The position numbers and the translations under genes were made by a program. Source: Dipteris shenzhenensis (taxonomy: Eukaryota). From it: 64,000 bases of DNA. A model generated the notes under the pieces. That model was not told where the DNA came from and did not search any database. It saw only the letters and a program-made list of their open reading frames with translations. Location of the stretch: assembly GCA_047967505.1 (NCBI GenBank), contig CM106538.1. One strand, written 5' to 3'. Numbering within the stretch: the stretch's first letter is position 1; every line of letters begins with the position of its first letter. Below, piece by piece: positions 13,632-26,447 of this stretch.

Positions 13632-14406
13632 GATGTCTAGGCAGTTCACGTTTGTTACCGAAACAAGAGCACAGGTGCAAGGTACATAGTTGCTTGACAA
13701 CCACGTTTTATGTTGACACGTTTAATAGTATAGTCACTCACTTTTTAGAAAATTGTAGATCCTGCGGGCTGGGGATCTCTGGAGAGCGCGCAACTGTTGT
13801 TGGATTTGCTTGAGCTGGAGAGCTACCTTGGGTAAGAACTGTGTACATTGTTTAATGCTTTATTTTTGTTAAAACAAAAGTTTTTTTGGATTATATTTGA
13901 GTGGGAAAACATGCTATTGTTTGTCTTTTAGGAGTATTCCTGATTCAAGGTTTCTAATGAATCTCCATGTCCACAATCCTTTGGATGGACGAGTCCATTT
14001 GGGATATTACGCTGTCCTGGCTTGCCGGCTTCATAGGGATGATGGACCATAGACCATCACTGTTCGCTGGCTGGGATACTATGAATGTGTGCGGACACGA
14101 ATTTTCTATCAAGGGCAAAATGGGGACTACACGTATACCTTTGTCAGCGTTGTTGACAGCCCTTTGTGTCTGAGTAAGTACTCTAAAGAATGAGTTGGGT
14201 TTTACCAACATACATGTATAAAAGTTTTATGGCTCAATAATTATAGTTCCTAAATTATCTTTCTATGTGATGCTGGTCCAGATACGATTGTTGGTACTCC
14301 GTTGTATGTTCGTAGCCGCGGTGGACGCGGCGGACGTGGTGGACGAACAATGAATGGCCGTCGCAGGCTTTTCCCTGCAGTACATGGCCGTAGACTTTTC
14401 CCTTAG
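13632..14406 (+). pseudogene. Putative spliced Helitron accessory or captured gene (exons 13632-13681, 13749-13831, 13932-14173, 14282-14406) with an RGG-rich tail
   Basis: GT-AG introns with compatible phases give ...KQEHRCK/KIVDPAGWGSLESAQLLLDLLELESYLG/SIPDSRFLMNLHVHNPLDGRVHLGYYAVLACRLH...RWLGYYEC...DSPLxL/NTIVGTPLYVRSRGGRGGRGGR...LFP*. The single internal TAG (14050) is CAA or CAG in the tandem copies. Confidence 0.55.
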
Positions 14407-17400
14407 GGATGTTTGTGTGTGTATTGTAGATTTTGTATGTTCAGTTATGACTTTATTTTGCGGCTGTGTATTTGGATATATCAATCAGTTCTTTGATGTA
14501 GCTATTGCATGTTCAGACATGTGACTGCACTTTTGGATGTTATTTTTTGAAGTACTCTGTCATAGAGAAGTTTTTTTTTGGATGTGGCGGATGTGGAGTA
14601 CATTATAGTGCATGGCCGTAGACTTTTCCCTTTAGGGATGTTTGTGTGTCTACTGTAGATTTTGTATGTTCAGTTATGATTTTGCATGCGGATGTGTATT
14701 TGGACATATCAATGAGTTCTCTGGTTTCACTTTTGGATGTAATATTTTGAAGTACTATGTCATAGACATTTTTTTTGGTTAGAATATGTTGCTGGTTTCA
14801 TACATTTTAGCATCTTAAGACCCAGTAGAGCGGGTCGCTAGCCCATCGTAGACGGGTCAGGTTACTCGAAAGAGTTTCACACGAAAGTGTTAGAAGCTGA
14901 AATCATTATTGGTACCAATGCTGGTGATAGAATGTTTATTCGAAGAATAACATTCATTCCGACCAACCTTAAACTTCCATTCGACATGAGGAGACGACAG
15001 GAGCGCAGGTGCAAGGTACATAGTTGCTTGACAACCATGTTTTGTGTTGACATGTTTAATGGTATAGTCACTCACTTTTAGAAAATTGCAGATCCTACGG
15101 GCTGGGGATCTCTGGAGAGCACGCAACTGTTATTGGATTTGCTTGAGCTCGAGAGCTACCTTGGGTAAGAATCATGTACATTGTTTGTTGCTTTATTTTT
15201 TTGTTAAAACAAAAGGTTTTTTTTCGATTATATGTGAGTGGGAAAACATGGTATTGTTTGTCTTTTAGGACTGTTCGTGATTCAAGGTTTCTAATGAATC
15301 TCCACATCCACAATCCTTTGGATGGACGAGTCCATTTGGGATATTACGCTGTCCTGGCTTGCTGGCTTCATAGGGATGATGGACCACAAACCATCACTGT
15401 TCGTTGGCTGGGATACTATGATTGTATGGGGACACAAATTTTATATCGAGGGCAAAATGGGGACTACACGTACACCTATGTGAGCATTGTTGACAGCCCT
15501 TTGCGTCTGAGTAAGTACTCTAAAGAATGAGTTGGGTTTTACCAACATACATGTATAAAAGTTTTATGGCTCAATAATTAATGTTCCTCAATTATCTTTC
15601 TATGTGATGCTGGTCCAGATACGATTGTTGGTACTCCGTTCGTAGCCACGGTGGACGCGCCGGATGCAGTGGACGTGGAGTGAATGGCCGTCGCAGGCTT
15701 TTCCGTGCAGTACATGGCCGCAGACTTTTCCCTTAGGGATGTTTGTGTCTATTGTAGATTTTGTATGTTTGGTTATGACTTTATTTTGCGGCTATGTATT
15801 TGGATATATCAATCAGTTCTTTAGGCTTTTCCCTATAGTACATGGCCACAGACTTTTTCCTTTAGGGATGTTTATGTGTCTATTGTAGATTTTGTATGTT
15901 CAGTTATGACTTTGTATACGGATGTGTATTTGGACATATCAATGAGTTCTCTGGTTTCACTTTCGGATGTAATATTTTGAAGTACTATGCCATAGACATT
16001 TAGAATATGTTGCTGGTTTCAGACATTTTAGCATCTTGAGACCTGGCGGAGCGGGTTGCTAGCCCGTCGTAGATGGGTCAAGTTACTCGAAAGAGTTTCA
16101 CACGAAAGTGTTAGAAGCTAAAATCATTATTGGTACCAATGCTGGTGATAGAACGTTTATTTGAAGGATAACATTCATTTTGAAGGATAACATTCATTCC
16201 GACCAACCTTAAACTTCCATTCGACATGAGGAGACGGCAATTTCCTATCTGATTAGCATTTGGCATGACAATCAATAAGTCACAGGGCCAAACATTGTCT
16301 ATTTTGGGGGCTGTACTTGGCGACACCGGTATTTAGTCATGGCCATCAATGCGTGGCATTTTCACATATCTGAGCATCAAACACTAGGGATCTCTGGAGA
16401 GCACGCAACTGTTGTTGGATTTGCTTGAGCTAGAGAGCTACCTTGGGTAAGAACCGTGTACATTGTTTGTTGCTTTATTTTTGTTAAAACAAAAGTTTTT
16501 ATTTGAGTGGGAAGACATGCTATTGTTTGTCTTTTAGGACTGTTCCTGATTCAAGGTTTCCAATGAATCTCCACGCCCATAATCGTTTGGATGGACGAGT
16601 CCATTCGGGATATTACACTATCCTAGATTGCCGGCTCAATAATTATAGTTCCCAAATTATCTTTCTGTGTGATGCTGGCCTAGATACGATTGTTGGTACC
16701 CCATTGTATTTTCATAGCCGCGGTGGATGTGGCGAACGTCGCAGGCTTTTCCCTGCAGTACATGGCCGCAGACTTTTCCCTTAGGGATGTTTGTGTGTCT
16801 GTTGTAGATTTTGTATGTTCAGTTATGACTTTATTTGCGGCTATGTATTTGGATATATCAATCAGTTGTTTGATGTAGCTATTGCATGTTTAGACATGTG
16901 ATTGCACTTTTGGATGTGATATTTTTGAAGTACTCTATCATAGAGAAATTTTTTTGGGACGTGGCAGATGTGGAGTACATGGTCGGCGCAGGCTTTTTCC
17001 CTATAGTACATGGCCGCAGACTTTTCCGTTTAGGGATGTTTGTGTGTCTATTGTAGATTTTGTATGTTCAGTTATGACTTTGTTTGCGGATGTGTATTTG
17101 GAAAGAGTTTCACACGAAAGTGTTAGAAGCTGAAATCATTACTGGTACCAATGCTGGTGATAGAACGTTTATTCGGAGGATAACATTCATTCCGACCAAC
17201 CTTAAACTCCCATTCGACATGAGGAGACAGTAATTTCCTATCCGATTGGCATTTGGCATGACAATCAATAAGCCACAGGGCCAAACATTGTTTATTTTGG
17301 GGCTGTACTTGGCGACACCGGTATTCAATCATGGCCAACTATACGTGGCATTTTCACATATCCGAGCATCAAACGCTGTTACTTAAGGTTTTCATTTTGC

Positions 17401-18687
17401 AGAGTGCGTCTGATGCCAGGGGCGAGGAGATGGATAATACTTCTACCACAAATGTTGTGTACAAGGAAGTTTTGTAATTGGCAACAGCAAGAGCCTAGGA
17501 GTATGACATTGCTCTTTCAAGCCCTCTTGAGACTTTCTTGGGTGGCAAATCTTCATTTCGGTAATCTTTGTATAGCTTTTTTAAAACTTCTTTCAATATT
17601 CCAACTGTCATAGGTCTTCGGGAATGTTGGCTATTTACAGAAATATGAACTGAGACGTAATATTTCATGACTTTGTCCTTGATAATGTTTGGATTTCATT
17701 TTTCATTTGAGTCATGGGTTTGCAATATACTACAGCCTATTTTCTCTTCAAGCCTATTGTTTTTTTCCAGTATATGTAGATTGACACGTGCGTTCTTTTT
17801 TTGCAATGCGATAGGATGCCTAGGCAGTTCATGTTTGTCATCGAAACAGGAGCGCGAGTCCATTTGGGATATTACGCTGTCCTGGCTTGCTGGCTTCATA
17901 GGGATGATGGACCACAGACCATCACTGTTCGCTGGCTGGGATACTATGAATGTGTGGGGACACGATTTTTCTATCGAGGGCAAAATGGGGACTACACGTA
18001 CACCTATGTGAGCATTGTTGACAGCCCTTTGCGTCTGAGTAAGTACTCTAAAGAATGAGTTGGGTTTTACCAACATACATGTATAAAAGTTTTATGGCTC
18101 AATAATTATAGTTCCTCAATTATCTTTCTATGTGATGCTGGTCCAGATACGATTGCTGGTACTCCATTGTATGTTCGTAGCCGTGGTGCACGCGCGGACA
18201 CGGTGGACGTGGAGTGAATGGCCGTCGCAAGCTTTTCCGTGCAGTACATGGCCGTAGACTTTTCCCTTAGGGATGTTTGTGTGTCTATTGTAGATTTTGT
18301 ATGTTCAGTTATGACTTTATTTGTGGCTGTGTATTTGGATATATCAATCAGTTTTTTGATGTAGCTATTGCATGTTCAGACATGTGTCTGCACTTTTGGA
18401 TGTGATATTTTGAAGTACTCTGTCATACCGAATTTTTTTTTGGACATGGTGGATGTGGAGTACATGGTTGACGCAAGCTTTTCCCTATAGTACATGGCCG
18501 CAGACTTTTCCCTTTAGGGATGTTTGTGTGTCTATTGTAGATTTTGTATGTTCAGTTATGACATTGTATGCGGATGTGTATTTGGACATATCAATGAGTT
18601 CTCTGATTTTACTTTCGGATGTAATATTTTGAAGTACTATGTCATAGACATTTTTTTTTGGTTAGAATATGTTGCTGGTTTCAGACA

Positions 18688-18715
18688 ACCCGTCGTAGAC
18701 GGGTCAAGTTACTCG
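18688..18715 (+). terminator. Helitron 3' termination hairpin and CTCG end (rolling-circle terminator, not transcriptional)
   Basis: 7-bp perfect stem ACCCGTC/GACGGGT with a GTA loop; the end lies 11 nt downstream and is followed by T. Confidence 0.8.
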
Positions 18716-18795
18716 TGCTTCTAATACACTTGTCATGTTGACTATTTGTCCATGTTCAAATTTGACAAGTGTATTGGTTTCTATCTTGAGAAGCT

Positions 18796-19015
18796 ATGGC
18801 TATGGCTATGGCGACCGACGCCGTTGCACTCCATGGCTGCGTAGCCTCTCTTTCTAGGCCACCATATTTGCATCGTCGGATTCCAGCGACTCGGAGAAGC
18901 CTCCTTGCCCAAGCCAACATGCTCGAGTCCTTGCGGTTCTCCCCAAGTCATGACAATCTTCATCCGCGGCCTCACGTTTCAATCGAAGCCAGCCAGTCGC
19001 CCCCTATCCCTGAAG
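18796..19015 (+). CDS. AAED1: AAED1-like exon 1 (putative transit peptide)
   Basis: [10 protein letters not shown]..., Ser/Arg/Ala rich; donor GAAG|GTTGAT in phase 1 matches exon 2. Confidence 0.7.
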
Positions 19016-22000
19016 GTTGATATCTTCCCAATGTACATTTATCTGGCTTATCTGTTTGTTTGTGATGTTCATCTACTTTCACTCCGTTAGCAACTGTTGA
19101 AGCTCTGTGTTCTCATGAGTAGCTCCGTCTTCAAGATTTTGACTTCAGACATATTGTCTAATATATGCTGACTGAGGTATTTCAAAGGAAATTGAAGTCG
19201 ATTCAATTGAGGTTTCACTGAGCGGGATCGTTATTAATAAGGAGTGTATACTTCTCTGAAGTAGTAACACTGAAGCTCAGTCTGCTGTATGAGGCGAAAT
19301 TTTTAATAATGAGTGTCTACTTTTCTGAAGTAGCAACACTGAAGTTCCGTCTGCTGTACGGGCTGAGTTTCCTCCCTATCTTTTCGTGGGAGTATTAGAA
19401 ATTTTGTCGACATTTTAACTGTGGAGCAAGTAACATCGCAAGTAACATACATTTTCCTTCTCTTGAGGGCCACGGCATTCCCTCCTCTGCTTCATCACTT
19501 GACCTCAACTGAAAGCGCCTTTGTGTGCATCAGGAATTGATGCATACTCTTCCTTGAAAAATGATATGCCCATGTTTTTGCGTCCGCTGTCAGCCATGAT
19601 AAGATGCCTTGGGTAAGCTATTTTCTTCTTTTCTTGAACTTTTAGAACATTAGCTGCGGCTCAGAAGGAGTGGATCGTAACGCCAACTGATACTAAAGGG
19701 TTATTGCACATGCTGATGGAATGGCAAAATCAGCCTGAAAGTAACATCAGTTATGAGTTTTGTTATTTGAAACTGTATTTAAGGCCTTAAGGATAACGTA
19801 ATCATCAATGAGACTATCCATCCAGAGTAAATAATATTTGCTTTTTACTATTATTTATTCAGACCTTTATAGTCCACGGGTAGTATCCTTTTTACCCTCA
19901 AAATGATTGGGGAGATTTTTGGGGACAAATATGTCTTAAATGAATGTATTCCTATAATTGCTGGTCAATTTCATCATCTTTTTTAAGGTGCTGTCTTATA
20001 CGTTGTTTAAAAAATCGGCTGATGCCATGCTCCTTTGAGGTGGAAATCCATAAGGTAACTCAGGTGGAAATACATCCAAAAGTTCCGCTAGCGAACTTTA
20101 CAGTAGTAGTGTCTTTTCAGAATCCTCTAACAAGGGCTATCAACGTAGCTTTAAACCTGCCTTTGAACAAACCACCAGGTGCACCTTTGTTGCCATGCCA
20201 CATGATGGTATCGTCATACGTGTTTCGCAAAGTGAACCACATTCTCAAGGAATGACATTTTATTACGGTGAACCTTGTTCTGATAGTCTCACGTTTCAAT
20301 CGATGCATGATGACCATTAAGAACTCTTAGATGATGACCATTAATGGTTCCACGCATGAGTAATATGTCATGCAGACCAAGCATCAATGTAAGTTAACCA
20401 CAATTATCACAAAACACGCTGGTACTATTCAAGCCAATGCTTGAAACTTAAGCAAACATACCTAGTATGGAGACTTTTGCTATGTGCATCGCTTTACCTT
20501 TCCCTTGATCAATGTTCTTTTTCAGGGCCACAAAGATACACTGTTTGGTAATATGCCCAGCCTTGTGGCATTTGAAATAGAGAGACTACCTCCAATCTTT
20601 GGACGAGTCCCCAACCGAGTCCTTCCACTTTGCTTGTGAGGGAAGTTTACAGCGGGTGTTGTATTGGTGGAGGCCCTATTCGCTTGGTTATTTCGGTGGC
20701 AACCTTTAAATCTGCCTTCAAACAAACCACCAGGTGCACCTTTGTCGCCATGCAACATGATGCTATTGTCATACATGTTTGCAAATTGAACCACATTCTC
20801 AAGGGATGACATTTTATTACGGTGAACCTCATTCTAATAGTCTCGTGGGAGACCATATAGTAGAACAGTCGCCAAACCCGTGTTAGGAAATGGAGTCAAG
20901 TTGAGCGAGTTTTATGTGTGTTTTAGTCTAGTGTGTCCTCTGGATGCCACGTGTCATATTGGGAGGTATCCCATATGCACTTTGGTATTCTAGTGTCTAG
21001 TGTCTAGATTATATGAGGCTGTACTTGAGATGTGTGTCACACCCTAGGAGTCAACATCAAGCTTTCTCAATGTAAGTCTTTCATTGATTTAGTACTTTCA
21101 TTTCTCTTTCAGTTCTTTCCATTTCCATTTCCATTCCCATTCGTTGCTTTCCATTTGCATTCGTTGCTTTCCTCTTCCTCTTCCTACCCTACCTCCTCTC
21201 CCTATTCCTCTATACTCCCAACATATGGTATCAGAGCCAGCTCTCCTCTTCCTTTCTCCTTGCTTCTCTAAGGGAATGAGGTTGAGGGAGGCCAAAGGAA
21301 GCTACTCTCCCTCTTTCCTTATGGAGAGTCCACTTTAGCCTCTTCATCGCCTTCTTCTCCTTCACCATGACCTCTTCCCCTCATGGACAATCTTCACTTG
21401 GTTGTGCAAAGCTTTGTCATCACTTTTGCTGTGAGTATCGATTCAATGGCTGCTGTCGCCGGTCGTGGGTATTCGTGGTTGCAGCGTGGAGAAGTCGCAC
21501 TGTGCGCTGCGTTGGTTGCTGCGTGGAGACCTCGTGATTGCTGCGTTGGCTGCTACATGGAGCTGATTCATTCCTGCGACGTGGAGAAGACACATTGGAG
21601 CTGCAAACATTTTCAGCAAGATGACTACTGTGTGGAGCTGTAAAGTGTCGTTTGGAGGCTGTTTCCAGACTGTTCGTGGCATGAAGAATCTCGGGCTACT
21701 GCAATTCATGGAGCTGGTCATCATTTTTTCTGCTACTTGTTGAGTTGGGGATAGAAATTCAGAGATTTCCACCAAACATTAAGGTCGGCCAAACATTAAG
21801 GTCGGCATATTCCGCTTCTTTTCCGCTTCACCTTTTATGAAATGGAGTCTTCTAAGTCTATTATTATCATTGATAAATTCTCGGGTGTTACTAGTAGCTA
21901 AGCTCGCGTGTGAGCCTGGAGCTTGAAGCTCTGTGCGAGGAAGAAGAAGCTTTGTTGGGTGACTTTACATGCATCTTGGTGTGCAGAGACCATTTAGAAA

Positions 22001-25000
22001 CCTTTGGAAATTTCTCTGAGTGGTTTTTTGCAAGTCTGCAGGTGGTTTTGGAGGAAAAATACATTTTTTGATGATTCTCCTATTCCTTTCGACGGACTGA
22101 GAGTCCGGAATGACCTACAGAGGCAAGCATTGCCTGCTTTTGGTGTCCATTGCACTTCGAGAGTTCAAAAATCCCTTCATTCTTGAATTTGGGATCATTT
22201 CATTTGATTTCTGACTCACTGTCTCTACTTCAACATTTCTATGTCAGTGTGTTGGAACTCAAGTTTGAAGCAACCATTCGCAGATCTATAAGTTTTGGTG
22301 GACTCAAGAGGTCCTAAAAACTTCTATTTTTCTCATCATTTGCACTCTAGTGATGTTTACAAACAGATCTATTTGCAAAAATGTTTTTTGGTCCGTGTGT
22401 TGGACTCGGTGATTGGGACCACGGTTTTCAAAACCGTATGTTCCATTGTGTTCCAGAGACCCAAAAACCCCTACTTGTCAGCTATTGCGTGATTTCGTGG
22501 AGATTTAGAGGACTTCCGTCTTTGACACATTGAATTGTCTATTTCTCTATCAAAAATCCATTCAAAGCGTAACACTTACCCATCGGCACAAGCAATCAGA
22601 GAGAGAAGGGAATACACAACACGACAGAGAAAAGCACCAGATCAAGAATGATCGGCCATGTTCCATTCATCCATTAAGACAACCCATTTCGATTACACTT
22701 ACAATAGCTATCAACCGATCTTGGTCTAGGTGCTGCCAAGTGTGGCCTCCGCTCATGACACATCGGATCCATGTGTCGCTTCGTTAGAGCTGTTAGATAT
22801 CAATGCTCCACTCTCGTGTAACTACGCGGGAATCAGCTAACTCTACTTGTAAGCCCCCCATATGAGGAGAAGGCATTTGAGTAGCTCGGTTATTCGGTAG
22901 GTCCTGGTTTGGACACCAGATGGGGGCCATGTGTGGCCTGATGGCTGGACGGCTTCAGATAGAGTTGGCACACCGTCAACTAGGCTACATGCAAGTGCGG
23001 GAAGGCATCCCTTGACTGACCGCACTGAGGGTAGATGGAGCATTTTTCGGGGCAGCCCACTCTCGGGTTGTGGGGCCCGTTTGGAGCCTTAGATGATCCC
23101 GGATGGTTGTGGGCCGAACGGATACTGTAGGTTAGTTGCTCTGTTTTGCGCACCGGTTCTATCGTATGGTCGGTGGCCTATTTCGGGACCGACCCCCAGT
23201 CGACTGTTTTGGGTGGACTGGGTCGGCCACCCAATTGAGCCTAACCGACTACGACTGGTGGCTATATAAGAGCAAGCCCGTGAAGCCCATTTCATCACTG
23301 GCTACAGTAACCTTGATTCCTTAGCATTCAGCCTCCGTCTTCTACTGTTTCCAGCACGCCATCGAAGCTTCTTTCACAGGAGCGCACGGTTGGGAGGCAG
23401 TGCCATTTATTGTATCAATTCTACAGTAATCAAATTTTTGATTCTCCATACTATCTTGTTTTCTCTCTTGCGTACGAGATCCTGTTATCTGTTGAGCACA
23501 TACGTTGTATTATTTTCTTACATGGTATCAGAGCATGGACTCTAGCAAGAAGATTTGGTAGTGTGTTTCTGTTTGCGAGCAGATTGTGAGAGATGGCCTA
23601 GCCCGCAAGACTGCGAATCCCACTGTTTGGCGAAAGCGGAAAGTTGGACGGCTCTAACTATCCTCTCTGGAAGTTCAAGATGAAGACCATCCTAAGCGCA
23701 TATGAGCTTTGGGACACTGCTACTGGGGTGGACGTGAGGCCGGTTCCGAGATCGAATCTAGCCAATGCAGGACAACAGATAGTACCAACTGCGGATGAGA
23801 TTCTCGCGTGGACAAGAAGAAATGCAGATGCGCTGTGTTCTATTGTCTGCAGTGTTAGTGATTCCGTCATGGCGTTAATTCAACATGTCACCACAGCGGA
23901 GGAGCATGGACGGTCTTGAAAAATCAGTACGAGACCACAAATCAGACGCGGATTCAGAATTTGGAGACTCAACTCGCGAATGAAAAGTTGTTTGAGTCTG
24001 AAGCGGCAGAGAAGTTCATCACCAGGGTGAAGAATCTGCGCGATCAGATGACTGCAATTGGCATCACCATCACCAGCGAGAATCTAGCACGAAGGTGCAT
24101 ATGGATTCTCCCACCAAAGTACGACGGTCTTGTTACGGCGCTGAATACGCAGAACAGAAATCCGCCCCTCAACTTTGAGGATTTCAGCGCGATGCTTCTG
24201 GAGGAGGTGAATCTTCTGGCTGTTTATTCTAGTGTCTAGTGTCTAGATTATATGAGGCTGTACTTGTGTTGTGTGTCACATCCTAGGAGTCAATATCAAG
24301 CTTTCTCAATGTAAGTCTTTCATTGATTTAGTACTTTTATTTCTCTTTCAGTTCTTTCCATGTCTATTTCCATCAGTTGCATTCTTTGCTCAGAATCAAT
24401 TCATTATTACATGCCTCTAATTTGCGACCTTGCTCCACTGTGAGCCCTCAGACAATCATCTAGCTTATCAATGAGCAGACCAAATAGTGTTGGTGAGAGA
24501 GTCATCCTTGCTTGCCGCCTATATCACTGCATATAGTGACCTTTTTGCCAGAGTGAGTGCCGTACCGCCAACACCTTGTCGTAGATTCGAAGCGTGGCTT
24601 CCCTTAGGTCTTGGGACGTGGGAGACCCCTAGTTCTGTTATTCGTGCCCAAAGCTTCTCTCTAGGGACTGTGTCGAATTCCTTCTTGAAGTCTACAAAGC
24701 AGCAATATAGAGCATTGTCTTTACCCATTGCTCCTGCTGCTACTGCTCTTGTTGTGACTAGGTGGTCCACCGTAGAATGCCTGGGCCTCAAACCTGCTTG
24801 GGATAGTGGCCTTGCCCTAGTGCTTTCTGCCCATTCACTCATTTTCTATACCAAGTTCGTGCCTGTCCCCCTTTGAATATGGAAACTATTTGGTTGGTTT
24901 GCTGCTCTTGTGAGAACCCCTCCTTTATTTCCCTGTTAATTACTATTGTAAGCATCTCTCTTGTTTTGTGTCCCCCCTATTTTGACTTTTTTGCGAGGAG

Positions 25001-26404
25001 GCCTTGAGGGTCCGGTGCCTTGCCATTGGCTAGTTTCTTCAGTCCATTTTGTATGTCCTCAATTGACATGATACCTCATGCTTGGATAGAAAGTGACTTT
25101 GTTTCCTTCTCATCTCACCGGTCCCTCTCATAGAGGCTCTTGATTTTCCCATTTTGCCTCTCCTTTTTGGAGTTTTTGGAAGAATTGTCTCGGGTCCCTC
25201 TTAGAGTTGTTTCGTACCCCGCTCCTGTCATATGTTTGCAGGAATCTCCTCTTTTTTTGTTTTGTTTATAGAGGATGAGTTTAAGGCATGTTCTTGGATT
25301 CATCTAGATTCTATAAACGTACCAGCCAGTGCCAAAGTATAATCTTGAGAGAACCGTTCTATATGCAACATCTTGATCTTGAGAGTCTCAAGTCCCTAGG
25401 CTTCGTGTTCTAGTTTTTTGTCTTTGTTAGCTATTACTGCTTTGCCCAAGAGACTCTGTGTTTAGAAACCCAGTATAGCTGCTTATGCTTGGGCACTGAT
25501 TTTGACATAAGTGTTGCTTTGCTTGCTAAGTAAGTCTACCTTTTGTTTTTCAAAATTTTTTTGCTACTTCATTTTTATTCTCTTTCGTTTTCTCTTTTAT
25601 TTACTTTGTAGAATTTTTGGACAACAAAAATCTGAATTTGTACGATTGGATAGTCTTACAAAGGTATATTTGTTCACTATTACTGCTTTGCTGTTGATGA
25701 GTTTGGGCATGTTCTTGGATTCACCTAGATATCTGCAAACGTACCAGCGAGTGAACCCACTGATGCACCTAGTGTTGGAAAAAGAAGTCACCAATGGTGT
25801 CTCCGAGGGTCTCGGTTTCTCTCTATATGAGCCCTACTATTCTGAGATTAAGGGCTCTCTTGTCTATCCTTTTGTTCCTTCATACATGAAGTAAACTTAT
25901 CCATCTTGGATTTCACCAAAACTTGTAGTTTGAAGATGATGTTGTGATTGGTGTCTTCTTTCCCCTCTTTTTGCCTTCTTTTGCTTTTAATGCCTTGATC
26001 TAGTTTTTCCTCTACTGTGTAAACATCTCCTGTGAGGTGGACTCATGGACATCGTGAAGAGGCCTGGAGATGTGATGTGGTGAGCACAGCCTCAAATGGG
26101 GCGTGTGCTTTCTACTCCTATATTTGTATTCATAGTGGTGTGGCACTGGTGAACAACGGGCTCAAGATCCCGTGTCCCATGATGGCCACTCAATGTGGCT
26201 TCTTCCCTCATAGAGAAGGCATTTGTGATCTTTGTTGTTTGGTGCCCAGGTATCTTGATTTGTGACTGAGTGCATGTGTGTCCTTCTATGTCTCGTGAAC
26301 TCAGACTTGAATAATGAAGCACGTCATTGGTCCAGAAAGTCAATGATTCAACTCAATGTCTTGGAACACACCCCCACACGCCCACACGCCAACTCAATGT
26401 CTTG

Positions 26405-26447
<43 letters not shown>

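Larger units (their letters stand above)
8077..18715 (+). mobile_element. Helitron (decayed autonomous); 5' end not resolved and may extend to or beyond the window start
   Basis: Rep-helicase coding region plus the 3' hairpin ACCCGTC-GTA-GACGGGT and terminal CTCG followed by T at 18716. Confidence 0.9.
12924..18715 (+). repeat. Tandem array of four Helitron 3'-terminal segments (12924-14868, 14869-16089, 16090-17101, 17102-18715)
   Basis: Each unit restarts at AAAGAGTTTCACAC inside the helicase gene; units 1, 2 and 4 end in hairpin plus TTACTCG. Confidence 0.92.

Noticed and set aside
22419-22440. Palindrome ACGGTTTTCAAAACCGT, and CAAGGTTTTGAAAC at ~52072, as possible hAT termini
   Set aside because: No partner TIR or TSD found.
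25275-25750. ~50-bp direct repeat and ORF 25511-25894
   Set aside because: Low-complexity T-rich ORF; probably a TE remnant but boundaries cannot be defined.
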